64,000 nt of DNA from Felis catus (Eukaryota), in the NCBI RefSeq assembly GCF_018350175.1, contig NC_058368.1, positions 216,754,001-216,818,000 of the forward strand, given 5' to 3'. A program made the position numbers and the translations under genes. This document shows positions 25,113 through 37,866 of this stretch, piece after piece; position 1 is the first letter of the stretch, and every line of letters starts with the position of its first letter. The notes beneath the pieces are model-generated. The model was not told where the DNA came from and did not search any database. It worked only from the letters and a program-made list of their open reading frames with translations.

Positions 25113-26077
25113 ATGTAATTTTTCAGGAGTTCACTATGCTTCAAGCTACCAATGAATGTGAATTCAATATAAAAACCTTCCATCTGACTAAACATAGTGA
25201 TTCACAGAGAAAACCGTAAAATACAAACATTGCATCTTTTTTTTTCATATCCTGTTTAAATATTTGCACTCTCCTAGAAGAGGGCATTGTGCTTTCCCCC
25301 CAAATTTATGCAATTTTCTTGATGAATGTATTTGGTGAAGTGTCCCAAATATGACAACGTCTCCAGGATACAAGAATTAAGTAGTGACTAAATAAGAGGG
25401 GCCATAAATACTATAGAGAAGTTAATAAAACATTTTGAAAAAAAAAAAGAACAATAGGCTTAAAGGAGTTTACATTGCTCATAGATATTGAGGATAAGAG
25501 TGGCAGAAACAAAAGCTTAATATATTAATATATCAAGTTAGCATAGTTATGATCTGCTTTAAATAGGATTGAAAAAAAATGCAGTGAATTGAAAGTAACG
25601 GCTATAACACTAGCACTGCAAAATGACACGTCATGGTATTTCGTCTTATTTGGGCATAAGAGTAACTTCTTCCTCCATGGAGAAAGCAAGCACATCAAAC
25701 ATTAGATTGATGTTTTAAATCAGGGCAAAGAAGAAATAGGAAAGTGAACCACAGTCATCGATCCTCCCTGACGTCACAAAATCTCATGCGGATCATGATG
25801 ATGTCTTGTATTAGTTTGCTCAGGCTGCGAAAACAAAATCCCATAGATCGGTAGCTTAACAGAAATAAACTTCTCACAGTTTTAGAGACTCAGGATGCCA
25901 GCATGCTTGGGTTCTGGTGAGAACCTTCTTCCTGGCTTACAGAAGACTCCCTTCTTGCTGTATCCTTACGTGGCAGAGAGAGAGGGAGAGGAAGTTATGT
26001 GGTCTCTTCCTATAAGGACACTAATCCCATCATTAAAACCCCACCTTTATGACATCATATAACCTTAATTAACTTTC

Positions 26078-26296
26078 TTTTTAAATTTTTTTTAACGTTT
26101 ATTTATTTTTGAGACACAGAGAGACAGCGCATGAAAGGGGGAGGGTTAGAGACAGAGAGAGACACAGAATCTGAAGCAGGCTCCAGGCTCTGAGCTGTCA
26201 GCACAGAGCCCGACGCGGGGCTCGAACTCACGAACCCCGAGATCATGACCTGAGCTGAGGTCAGACACTTAACCGACTGAGCCACCCAGACGCCCC
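26078..26296 (-). mobile_element. Can-SINE inserted in the MLT1A LTR
   Basis: Exact 17-bp TSD aaccttaattaactttc at 26061-26077 and 26298-26314. Confidence 0.97.
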
Positions 26297-27633
26297 AAAC
26301 CTTAATTAACTTTCAAAGGCCCCACCTCCAAATACCACTGTGGTGGGGGGTTAGCGCGTTAACCCACGAATTTTGGAGGAACACAATTCAGTCCATAGCA
26401 TTTCACCATTTTTGTGCTCTCAAAATACGACGGTGAGACATCAGGCAGAGGACAGACATTCCAATCTAAAAGAGAGAAATAGGAAAGAAAGAAGGGGTGA
26501 CGGGTCTTAAGCAAGTTCAAAACCTAGCAAAGAAAATTCTATTAGATCTCAACACACGAGAATAATACTTCTTGGTTTATTATTCTGCCCTGCAAGCCCA
26601 CCAGGGTGGCGACTGGAGTCAGAGAGTCAGCCCTATTCTTTGAAACGAAAACTGAAGAGGAGCTAGTCTTGCCCCCCAGCCTGTGATGAGAGTAGCAGCC
26701 CTGATGATCTTCGCATTGCCTTTGTCCTCATTCCTTCATTTTCTTGGGGAATAATGCCTATTCACAGCAGAATAGCTCTTTGTGCTTTCTTTTAGAGTCC
26801 AAGAAGTCCAATGGCATTCCTTCATCCCTTTCCTGTTTGATCTGCCCCTTTTAGATCAAACTGGCAGTGTCTCTGCTGGTATAATTCTGTCTCTATTCCT
26901 AGCATAGCCGCTTAGGTTTACAAATCACACCCATAATCTCTATCAAATGATTGCTGAGGCATCCCTTTAGCATTTCTTCCGATTAAGCCTTCTCCCTTTT
27001 TGCAGTATAAATAGGCTCTTCCTTTTGGCTTAACAAACCCATCTTCAATTTTCTCTCTCTCCTGTCACGTTTTACTGTAAGCACTCAGGACAAACCAAGG
27101 TTCTCTGTCATCGTTTTGCTTAGAGATGTCCTCAAATTAATCCAGTTTCATCTCTTCCAAGTTGTACCTTACACAAAAACTAGGACACAGTTCAGCCAGG
27201 TTCTTTGTAACAAGAAAATCCCTTTCCTCCTGTTTCCAATAGCATCCCCCACATTTCTGTGTGAATGGCCTTTACTGCCCCTATTTCTACGAACATTCTG
27301 TTCATGATTATTTATGTATTGTCTCAGAAGGTGGTAGATTTCTGTGCAGCTCTCCTCTTTTGTTTGTTTTTTTTCCTGAGATGTCATCAAAATCACCTTT
27401 AAATAAGTCCCTTCATGTCAATCTCAGCTTTTCTGACATGCACCTCAGAACAGTTCCAGCCTCTACCCATTCTGCAGTTCCAAAGACACTTCCACATTTT
27501 TTGGTAATTGTCACAGCAGCACTCTTCCTGTGGTGCCATTTCTTGTCGTAGCTCAGGTTGCCATAACAAAATGCCACATACTAGGTAGCTTAAACCACAG
27601 ATAGCGATTGCTCACAATTATGAAGGCTGGAAG

Positions 27634-28443
27634 TGTTAGTGTAGGCAGTTAGTTAATGCTAAAAGGATACCTGTAGGCTAGCAAAGATGAACTCATGGCC
27701 GGCTCTGAGGGAATCAGACGCCTGCCAGGCAGCTCTCCAAAACAAAACCACCAGAAGCAGGATTAAACCAGACAGGCCCAAGGTGGATGACACAATAGGC
27801 CAAAATTCACATTATTCTTTCATTATACTTTATTACCATACGAAAACCTCCTCCCTAAGGGTGCCAAGACAGGAAACCCTTGACCAAACAAGGAAGAAAA
27901 CACATGTAACCTTGTTTCCAAAAAATCCCTGCCCCGAGTAATGAATATTCTGCCCCCTTGTTAACAACTGTCAATAAAAGAGAGAAACCCAGACTCCTGG
28001 GGCACAGCTCTCCCTTGGGCTCACCTGCTCTCAGACCTTGAGATCTGCGCTCCACTTTAAGAAACTTTCCTATTTGAGGGCACTTGGGTGGATCAGTTGG
28101 TTAAGCGTCCAACTCTTGACTTCGGCTAGGTCATGATCTCACTTCACCACTTCACCGTCTGTGAGTTTGAGTCTGCATGGGACAGTGCGAAGCCTGTTTG
28201 GATTCTCTCCCTCCCTCTTTCTGTGCCCCTCCTCCACTTGCTCTCTCTTTCTCTCTCAAAAATAATAAAAATAAGCTTTAAAAATTATAAATAAATAAAC
28301 TTTCCTGTTTGTACTGCCCATCCACTATGTTATGTCTGCCCTTGACTTCTCTCTCATGGGGAGACCAAGAGCTTCCAGTGACATCTTTTGGATGGGCTGG
28401 GTCAAGGCTTCAGGGCTCAGTGTTACCAGTCCACTCAGCAACA
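27634..28443 (+). mobile_element. ERV1-like solo LTR
   Basis: TGTT...AACA termini and 4-bp TSD gaag (27630-27633 / 28444-28447). It splits the MLT1 motif ggctggaag|tctgaga. Confidence 0.85.
28077..28296 (+). mobile_element. Can-SINE inserted in the solo LTR
   Basis: TSD aaactttcctatttg / aaactttcctgtttg. Confidence 0.93.
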
Positions 28444-29237
28444 GAAGTCTGAGATTAAGATGTCAACCTATGGACCTTCTTCCTGGTTTGTAGTTGGCCT
28501 TTGTTTTTTTTTTCTTTCTTTCTTTTCTGTGTCTTTACATGACAAACAAACAGAGCAATCTCTCTGGTCTCTACTTACATGGGTGCTAGTCCCAACACGA
28601 GGACCTAACCTCATGACCTCATCTAAATCTAACTACGTCCCGAAGACACCATCCCCAAACAGCATCACCATGTTAAATCCATGACACTTTCTTTCTATCT
28701 TCTCTCCATAATTCAAAAGCCATACATCTCAACCACATCCACCTCAAGCAAGGGAACTTCAAGTCTTTTGTCTAGCTTTGGTGCTAGTGCTCACTGTTAA
28801 AAAACAGTAAGATAAATTAGATGCATAACTGAGAAGAGAAGAGAGGTAAAAAGTCATTGTGGTTATCACTCTCTCAGTTCCATTTTCTCCTGGGTCCCAG
28901 TTGTATTATCATGTCTGAATTCTGTAGGAATCTGGAGTTATTGTAAGTCCCTCCTCAGATAGCCCAGGAAGTCTTTGTCACAGGGTCATGATTGCACATC
29001 AAGACTCTACAAAGCATAGCCTATATAAGGTTTTTCTAAAGGCAAAGGATACAGGACAGCAGGAGAGAAAAATAGCCAAGCAACAGCTTAACAGCTAAGC
29101 AATGAGGACTAAGAATTCCAGGCACAGCTCCTCAGCATGCACTTATCCAGATTATAGCCATCAAGATATGCACACAAAAAAATCTTAGTTTCAGAGGAAC
29201 TTTTGCAAAAGTTCCAGCAGTGTCTTTTTCCCCCCTT

Positions 29238-29510
29238 CCAATTTTTAGTTAAATTCTAGTTATTTAGCATACAGTGCAAGATTGTTTTCAGGAGTAGAAT
29301 TTAGTGATTTATCACTTACATATAACACCCAGTGCTCAACATAATAAGTACCTTCCTTAATACATCACCCATCTAGCACATCCCCCCACCCATCTTCCTC
29401 CATCAACCCTCAGCCTGTTTGCTATGATAAAGAGTCTCTTATAGTTTGGTTCCCTCTTTCTCTTTTTTTTCCTCCTTCCCATATATATCTTCATCTCCCT
29501 TGTTTCTTAA
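29238..29510 (-). mobile_element. Carnivore L1 3'UTR fragment
   Basis: ttcaggagtagaatttagtgatt...cacccagtgctca...caaccctcag is an antisense carnivore-type L1 3' end. Confidence 0.85.
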
Positions 29511-29520
29511 CATATATAAA

Positions 29521-30316
29521 CAGTAAAACCTTGGTTTGCAAGCATAATTTGGTCCAGAACATGCTTGCAATCCAAAGCACTGGTATATCAAAGTGAATTT
29601 CCCCATAAGAAATAATGGAAATTCAGATGATTCATTCCACAACCCCAAATATTCATATACAAATGATTATAATACTGTATATAGTATAAAATGATAAAGG
29701 AAATACAAAATATAAAGAAAAATAAACAAATTAACCTGCACCTACCTTTGAAAACCTTCATGGCTGGAGTGAGGGAGACAAGAGAGGAGGATTATTATGT
29801 AGGAAGATGTTCACTATCACTAATGGATGTTGACTACAGTACATTATTAATGCACTCTCGACATATACTGTATTTAATGTAACTGGCAATAAGGCAGTAG
29901 AGGAAAGGATCTATATCTGAAGGCAGAAGACCTAGAATGAAGCAAAACATTCCTAATGTCACTTTTGTACGGAAAAGCAAAGGACTGTCCATAGGTGGTT
30001 TGATATGACAAAAATACACTAGTGCTGTTTGTGGGCACCTTCCAACGTTCTGAAAAATCACTGATTTCTGCCAAACATGGTTGCCTGAGACTGAGCATCC
30101 AAGGATAGGAGATGATCACCCAATCCCACAGCGAAGGAGAGAGAGAGAGACAGAGAGTAGAACAATTGGCTCAGTTGGGATCACGTGACATTTGGAGTCG
30201 CATACAACTCATATGGTAAGCTGTCACTAATTTAGCAAGTTAAAATTTATTAGAAATGTTTGCTCATCTTGTGGAATGCTCACAGAACAAGTTAATTGCA
30301 ATCCAAGGTTTTACTG
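29521..30316. mobile_element. Tigger-type (Tc1/mariner-pogo) non-autonomous DNA transposon, Tigger2a_Car-like
   Basis: 21-bp TIRs cagtaaaaccttggtttgcaa (29521-29541) and ttgcaatccaaggttttactg (30296-30316), 20/21 complementary. TA follows the right end. Confidence 0.9.
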
Positions 30317-30324
30317 TAAATGTT

Positions 30325-30772
30325 TATACACACACACATAATGGAATAATATCACATGGCCATCAAAAGGAATAAAATCTTGCCATTTGCTATGATGCGG
30401 ATGGAACTAGAGTGTAGTATGTTAAGAGAAATCAATGAGAGAAAGACAAATACCATGATTCCACTCATATGTGTAATTTAAGAAACAAAACAGATGAACT
30501 TAGTAGGGTGGAAAAGAGAGTGAGGCAAACCATAAAATAGATACTTAATTATAGAGAGCAAACTGAGGGTTGTTGGAAGGGAGGTGGGCAGGGATGGGTT
30601 AAAAGGGTAATGGCCAATAAGGACGGCACTTGTGATGAACACTAGGTATTGTATATACGTGATGAATCACTAAATTCTACTCTTGAAACTAATAATACAC
30701 TATATGTTAACTAAACTAACTGGAATTTAAATAAAAACTTGAAACTATAAATAAATGAATGAATGAATAAAT
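30325..30772 (+). mobile_element. Carnivore L1 ORF2 end plus 3'UTR
   Basis: aatcttgccatttgc...ggatggaactagag...gatgaatcactaaattctactc...tttaaataaaaa. Confidence 0.88.
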
Positions 30773-30845
30773 AACTTTTGTAAGCGTCCCCATCCAAACA
30801 AACAAACAAACAAAACAAAGCATGTTTTAAAAATACTTTGATCTT

Positions 30846-31068
30846 GGGGCGCCTAGGTGGCTCAGTCGGTTAAGTGGCGGACTTCGGCTCAGGTCATGAT
30901 TTCACGGTCCATGAGTTCGAGCCCTGCATCAGGCTCTGTGCTGACAGCTCAGAGCCTGGAGCCTGTTTCAGATTCTGTGTCTCCCTCTCTCTGACCCTCC
31001 CCTGTTCATGCTCTGTCTCTCTCTCTGTCTCAAAAATAAATAAAAGTTAACTAACTAAATAAATAAAT
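30846..31068 (+). mobile_element. Can-SINE
   Basis: TSD atactttgatct at 30833-30844 and 31069-31080. Confidence 0.96.
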
Positions 31069-31164
31069 ATACTTTGATCTAGTAATTTTTTAGAAATACA
31101 CATAATCAGGGAAATGGGTTAACATTTCCTCTACCATTGTGCATATATACTAGAATTGAACAAT

Positions 31165-32505
31165 TAAGTACATAGATGAGAAGTGGTGGGAGCCAGGTTT
31201 CTTATTATTGGAGAGAAAGGTTACAGATAAGCAAGAGGAGAAACCTGGAGTGATACATTTGGTAATAGAGTAGAGCTAAAGACATCAGTGTGAACGTTTA
31301 ATTTAATATAGATACAGATAGTTACATCTAGAAATTCTTATATGTGCATAAATATGAGGCTCTACAAGGGTTATTATAGGCACCTTTATTCCCTTGTCTG
31401 TCAGCTCTGTGGTCTAGAGGCAGGGACATCGAGGTAGCAGTAAGGACACCCAGAACTAATACTTTCTAGTATTAGAGGGAACTAACTCTCCTTGGAGAAA
31501 CGGGGAATCTAGAGTTGGGACAAAGTGTATGTAGCATAAGCCTAGAGCATCTTACAAGGCTAGAAAGTAAGGAACTGCTCAAAAATACACACACAACAAT
31601 GAATTATATCAAAGAGACAAAGGAACCAACTGAATGAGCTTCCAAAAGACAAATTGGAACAATATGAGCAGCAAAATGAAGTGTTCGATTATAAGCCAAA
31701 GAACGAAATGCTCATATGTCCATACCAAACACGTATATACATATCTACATACATACACACACAAATGGGAAAAATTTGGCAATCTTCCGTGCAGAATTCC
31801 AGATAATTTATATAAAAACTCTGTTCTCACCGAGGTGGAGAATAGGCATGTGTTGCACATAGTGATTTTCTAAAAGGTACATTATGGAAAACGGAATGGG
31901 GAGAGCACTTGGTAATAGAGAAGTCTGACAAATATTATTTTAGTCAGGTGATCAAATTTAACAATATTGTTAAGTCATATTGATGGCATATGCCCTTGAT
32001 ATAAAGTTATAAGGATGACACTTTATTTCTGAGAGGATTTGCCTCTCAAGAGCACATAGACCGTATCTAATAATGAGAAAAAAACCTCAGCACATATACC
32101 CAATTGAAGAGCATTCTACAAAATACCTGACCAGTATTCCTTGAATCTATCAAGGTCATGAAAATGAAGAAAACCTGAGAAACTGTCACAGTCAAAAGAA
32201 GGCTAAGGAGACATGATGGCTAAATGTAATACAGTATCTTTGATGAAATCATGGAACTAAAAAAACAAAAGCAAAAACAAACAAACAAACAAACAAATAC
32301 ATTGGGTAAAAACTAAGGAAATATAAAGTAAGAATGAGGTTTAGTTAATAATAATGTATCAATAGTTTTTCATTAGTTGTGACAAATGTGTCATACTAAT
32401 GGAAGTTATAGACAATGGAAGCAACTGGGTGTGGATTCGATGGAGTCTGCATTGCTTTTGAAACTCTTCTATAAATTTAAAACAATTATAAAATTAAAAG
32501 TTTAC
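31165..32505 (+). mobile_element. L1MC-like 3'UTR
   Basis: Motifs gggagccaggtttct, aaggttacagataagcaag, cattctacaaaatacctgaccagta, tttagttaataataatgtatcaata. Confidence 0.8.
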
Positions 32506-32569
32506 TTTGAAACACATATAAAAACTCAAGGAGACGTTTTTTAGTTTGTTTATTTATTATTATTTTTTA

Positions 32570-32797
32570 GGGGCGCCTGGGTGGCACAGTCAGTTAGGGG
32601 CGCCTGGGTGGCACAGTCCGACTTCAGCCAGGTCACGATCTCGCGGTCCGTGAGTTCTAGCCCCGCGTCAGGCTCTGGGCTGATGGCTCAGAGCCTGGAG
32701 CCTGTTTCCGATTCTGTGTCTCCCTCTCTCTCTGCCCCTCCCCCATTCATGCTCTGTCTCTCTCTGTCCCAAAAATAAATAAACGTTGAAAAAAAAA
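32570..32797 (+). mobile_element. Can-SINE (young) with duplicated 5' head
   Basis: TSD atttattattatttttta at 32552-32569 and 32806-32823. Confidence 0.95.
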
Positions 32798-32805
32798 TTT
32801 TTTTA

Positions 32806-33009
32806 ATTTATTATTATTTTTTAAATGTGTATTATTTCTGAGAGAAAGAGACAGAGTGTGAATGGGGCAGGGCCAGAGAGAGAGGGAGACACAGAATTCG
32901 AAGCAGGCTCCAGGCTCTGAGCTGTCAGCACAGAGCCCAATGTGGGGCTCAAACTCGTGAACCGTGAGATCACAACCTGAGCTAAGTAACTGAGCCACCT
33001 AGGGACCCC
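32806..33009 (-). mobile_element. Can-SINE
   Basis: Antisense SINE body whose tail is the target of the previous element. Confidence 0.93.
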
Positions 33010-33011
33010 AG

Positions 33012-33213
33012 TTTATTTATTTATTTTGAGAGACAGACAGAGAGAATGTGAGCAGGGGAGGGGCAGAGAGAGAGGGAGAGAGAGAATCCCAAGCAGGCTC
33101 TGCACTGTCAGCGTGGAGCCTGACATGGGGCTCAATCTCACAACCTTGAGACCATGACCTGAGCGAAATCAAGAGTTGGACACTTAACCAACAGAGGGCC
33201 ACCCAGTTGCCCC
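33012..33213 (-). mobile_element. Can-SINE (older type)
   Basis: aatcccaagcaggctctgcactgtcagc...aaatcaagagttggacacttaacc. Confidence 0.93.
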
Positions 33214-35836
33214 ACTTGGAGACATAGTAAATGGAGAGATTTAGTAATTCAATCAGCATCCATTTGATGGATTATTATGCAGTCATTTAGCATTTTCATA
33301 TTTGAAACTTTATTGCAATAATCACCATATTTGTATAAGTATATAAGACTATAAAACACTATAACACTATATGTAAGGCTACATGTAACCCTGTATAAAA
33401 TATATAAAATAACTTATCTTACTATAACCAGTATGCTTCATGTGTGTATCCATGCCTGTGCATACAACACCATAGCTTCATACACATCACAATTGCCAAA
33501 TGTATTTGGGAAATTAGTTTTATTAGTAGTAGAGTGTAAAGTTTTACAACTTTGACCATTCCCTTTTTAACACAACGATATTATTTTTACGAGAAATAAA
33601 CAAGTAAATGCAAATTTTTATTCTAGTAAATTCAGTATCACTACACTTTTGGAAGTAACCTATTTTCTACAGGTAATGAGGAATTGGTTTATTTTAAATT
33701 CTCTTTTGCAGAGATATTCAGCACACATGGCCGTCCTTAGGCCATCTAGCAATTAGAATTTGGGAAGCAACTCTTCTGGGTGACGGCAGTTATTTTCTTC
33801 ATCCCGAGAGCTTATCATTAATTATGTCTTTTAGCAGAGTGCAGAGCTCAATAATAAGGTTCTGTGATTTTTAGCCATATGAGGACTGCTTTGCTCTTCC
33901 TGATTACCAGAATCTTCTCCCACAGCTCGTTTGCGGAGCCTTCACTGAATAGATACCACCTTGCCCCCCTTCTCTATGCTTCTTCCTCCACCTTGCAATC
34001 TAATCTGTCTTTGCACAGTTGCTGTTTGCCAGAGGCAGTTCCAAAACATCATCCAAGCCCTGTGTTTTCCAAATAACTAGAAGAGTATGATCAGAGTCCA
34101 GAGGTTGGCAAGATAACATTATTTTCCTCCTTCTGCAGTCCCATTAGGTTCCACTCCCTGGTGAATAACACTCTCTCTCTTTTACATCTACATTCAGAAC
34201 GTAAAACTCCATGAACATTTTCTAAATAAGGGAAAGTGGTAAGGCTATGGCTATTTCCACGTTTTGTTTCGTGTTGCCACTGCATTTGTAGTTTTTTGTT
34301 TTGTTTTGTTTTGTTTTTAATGGGGCTTTCAATTCATGGCGTGTAATAGAACAAATAAATGTGAATGGATTGGGTCATGTCTCAGTTACATACTGCTCTT
34401 GTAAACCAAGGCACAGTTTCAGGGATTATTGTAATATTAAAATTTAGATAGAAAGGTAATGAAAAAGATGCATTGGACATACACAAGCAACTGTTATTAT
34501 TACTTTTAAAGTTCTTTTTTTTCATGGCAAGACATAGTTCAGCTATAATGCTCTTGAGTATGCATGAAAAAGACAATGAAAAAAGGTACTGGGCTATGCT
34601 TCTGTCAAGATAAAAGGGGTACATTGTATATATATTTGATTATACAGCTACATTTTCAAAAGTATTTTGTACATAAAATCTCATTGACTTCAATTAGAAT
34701 TTGCAATCTAAGTACACCATATGGCTTTGCTTAAAAGCAATGAGACTATTAAATTTAATCACTTTTATATGTGTCTCGCATGGTAAAGGTGCTTGTTAAA
34801 GGAGCAGCACTATATGAGAATTATTTCTAGTAAAAATTGAAAACTAAGAAGATGGCTACCTCCTGGTGGTTACTAATTGGCAGTCAATGCCACAAGAAAA
34901 GTAATTTTCAGTAATACTGAAAAATAGCAGGCAGAAAACAATGTCACTTTGCTAGTTTCATTGCCGCTTTATACAGCAATATTTGAATATAATGTGAATT
35001 ACCCCTAGTGTTCTAAAACCAAAGTATTTATTCTACTTAGAGGTCTTGTCTTCCCTTCTCCCTTGCCCGTAACAAATATTGATGGCATTGTAGTTATTTC
35101 CTTCATCTTGTTCCATTGGAAAAGCATTGCAAAGTCAAATCTTTAATAAAGTCAGATATTCAATATAGTGGATAGAAATGGGCTATATTTCACTGTGCAA
35201 ATATTGTTGGATATCATTAGGGAATACTAAAGTCTGTGGCAAATTGGAAAGTGGATACCATTTTAAAAGTATGGTCTTACGTTAGCTGCAGCTAATTTTC
35301 CCATGTGGCAAATGGATTTTGTCCACTATTGCGAGATATGGTGATTTTTTTTTAAGAAGCTGAAAATCTAGAAGTGAAATAAAATATTGAAATTTTAAAA
35401 TATGAAAAGAATTAAACAATTTATGACCCAAACAAACATGTCTGCCGGCTAAATATGGTTCATGAACTGCCTGTTTTCTTTTTTTCTTTTTCTAGCATTC
35501 TGACTTGATGACACCAAAAAGGTTGCTAACATTGAACAAGAACCATTATTTCCCTGCTTGCTTATGCAAGCAATAAAATCAGAATTATCGGAAACTCTAG
35601 GCAATGAAAGTAGCTGTTTTTCCTTAAGCAAAACAAAACATAAGAGGTTAAGGAAACAGTCCAGTAAAACGGAAAGTAATTTTGCATTACAAAATCTTAT
35701 TAAAAGCTAACAAGGTTCATTCAGACAATTTCTAAAAAGTAGTATAACTTCCTTTATCCTCGTGGTAAACTGTTGTTTCTGATTTTGACTTGCTTTAAAA
35801 TTCAGTGCTTATTCCTCGTTCAAAGATGGTTGACTT

Positions 35837-36052
35837 GGGGCACCTGGGTGGCTCAGGCAGTCGGTTAATTGTCCTACTACGGCTCAGGTCATGGTCTCAT
35901 GGTTCATGAGTTCGGCCCCGTGTTGGGCTCTGTGCGCAGCTTAGAACCTGGGGCCTGCTACAGATTCTGTGTCTCCCTCGCTTTCTGCCCCTCCCCCACT
36001 CATACTCGCACGCGCGCACGGGCGCTCTCTCTGTCAAAAAACTTCAAAAAAA
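35837..36052 (+). mobile_element. Can-SINE
   Basis: Head ggggcacctgggtggctcag. TSD core aagatggtt on both sides. Confidence 0.92.
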
Positions 36053-36957
36053 ATTTTTTTAAGATGGTTATCTGAACACAGATGATTAACATTCCTCCTA
36101 CTAGAAACTTGTTAAAATTACATAATAAATACTTATTAAAATCAGCACAAATTTCATTATTGAAAAACCATAAAGGGTATATCCTCCCTACCTGAGCAGG
36201 TATTTCCTGAAATATAATGCATGTGATGATTACAGAGCTAGTTAACCTCAAGGGGGCAGGAACCTGCTCTTCTATGCAAACAGAAAGACAATGTCACTTG
36301 ACCTTGCCCTTTAGCACTCAGTTTGGGGAGGGCGGGGGGAGTGAATCCTTCCACTTTCAGATCATTCTAGGATTAGCTTCAAGATAAGAGGAAGAAAAAC
36401 AGGATTTTTCTTGTTTCTGTTTCTTCTTTTATTTTTGTCTTTTGGAAGTGGCCCTGATATTCTTGACAGGGTAAATGTTTAAGGAGCTGTGGAACAGCTG
36501 TATCTGTCACCTGTTTCACTTAGCAGCTGTTTTCTGCATTTTCCTCCCATATTATGTCCACAACAATCTAAATTGGAGACATATGCATATGGGACACCCA
36601 GAACAGAACTAAGCAAAAATCCTTGGATATCTTCCCGTTTTCCTAAGAAACAGCCATCTTCACTCCAGAGTGGTATTTTCTCCACATTTCCTTACCAGCA
36701 ACCTATGCATGCACACCACTAACTCACTTTTAGTCAAACTCCTTTAACCATGGCCAGAGGAGTGGAAAGTGGTACTCATACTAAGGAAATATATGTTAGT
36801 GAACAATATATCTCAGTAGACACCCCTACTTATAAATATCAGAAGGCTATTACAGATAAAATTGTTGGACACCTTACCGAAGTCAATACTATGGAGAAAA
36901 ATAAATATAACAAACTTTCAAGGAAAAACAAAACACCAAAGATTGCTAGAAAAGTAG

Positions 36958-37551
36958 TGATGCAGGCAGGTTGGTCTGAGGACCCAGAGGGCCACCCCAC
37001 CCCTACCCCCCCCAAGACCAGCCACAGGGTCCTTGTGTTCACACAGGATGGAAATCAAATGCCAGCCAGCAGGGGGTGAAAGCAGAGTTTATTGAAGAAA
37101 AAGCAAATACAGATGGACTGGGTGTTCAGAAAGGAAAGGAGGGAGTCTTGTCTTTGTTCGGGGTTTGGGTTTTTTATGACAATTGTGCTCTGGTCTATGT
37201 GTCCTCTTGGGCATACAGGAACTGGTCAGAATGAGGAGAAAGTCCATGTGCCCATCATAAATCACTTACTGCCTGAAGTCAGGGGTCTTGGAAAAGGTCT
37301 AGAGCCAGTGGTCTGGAATACATGTATGATAGCTTTGTCTGGTCACTCTCACCTGGTCCTTCCGTGGATGTTATCGATTCTAGAGAAATAATTAATTCCT
37401 TGTCCCTTACAAGGAGGATATATGCTATTTGTATTCTGAGACATGTATAGAGTGGGTTGGGGCTGCAGGTCCTAGCCAGAATAGAAGCTGGATAAGAAGA
37501 AAAAAAAATCAGCTTTTTCTCTTGTGGAGTCTCTTGGATTTCTCTGTCTCA
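36958..37551 (-). mobile_element. ERV-type solo LTR (family unassigned)
   Basis: TGA...TCA termini, near-TSD gtag/gcag, abrupt GC rise, and antisense poly(A) signal tttatt near 37088. Confidence 0.65.
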
Positions 37552-37814
37552 GCAGCATGAATTTTATAAAAATAAAATTAATACCCTTGAAGCGACTAAT
37601 GATAATATCTCATGTAAGTCAAAATTAGGTTGTTGTCAGAAAGTAGAGGCAGATTTAAAACTAAAATTTATGACCATTAAGAAAAAAATGCAGAAGACAA
37701 AATGAAATGAAAATTGTATACCCTAACAAACACATTTTTGAGACAGAAGAATCTAACACTGGCATATTATCAAATATTAAATGCAGAAAATCTAACAGAT
37801 TTGAAAAAAATAAA

Positions 37815-37819
<5 letters not shown>

Positions 37820-37863
<44 letters not shown>
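37820..37863. repeat. (TA)n microsatellite
   Basis: Direct inspection. Confidence 0.95.

Positions 37864-37866
<3 letters not shown>

Larger units (their letters stand above)
25807..28685 (-). mobile_element. MLT1A-like MaLR provirus (LTR 25807-26400, internal about 26401-27545, LTR about 27545-28685 split by an insertion)
   Basis: Two same-orientation MLT1A-like LTRs (tgtattagtt...ttcagtccatagca; ccataacaaaatgccacatactaggtagcttaaa) about 1.15 kb apart. The sequence between resembles MaLR internal regions. Confidence 0.75.
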
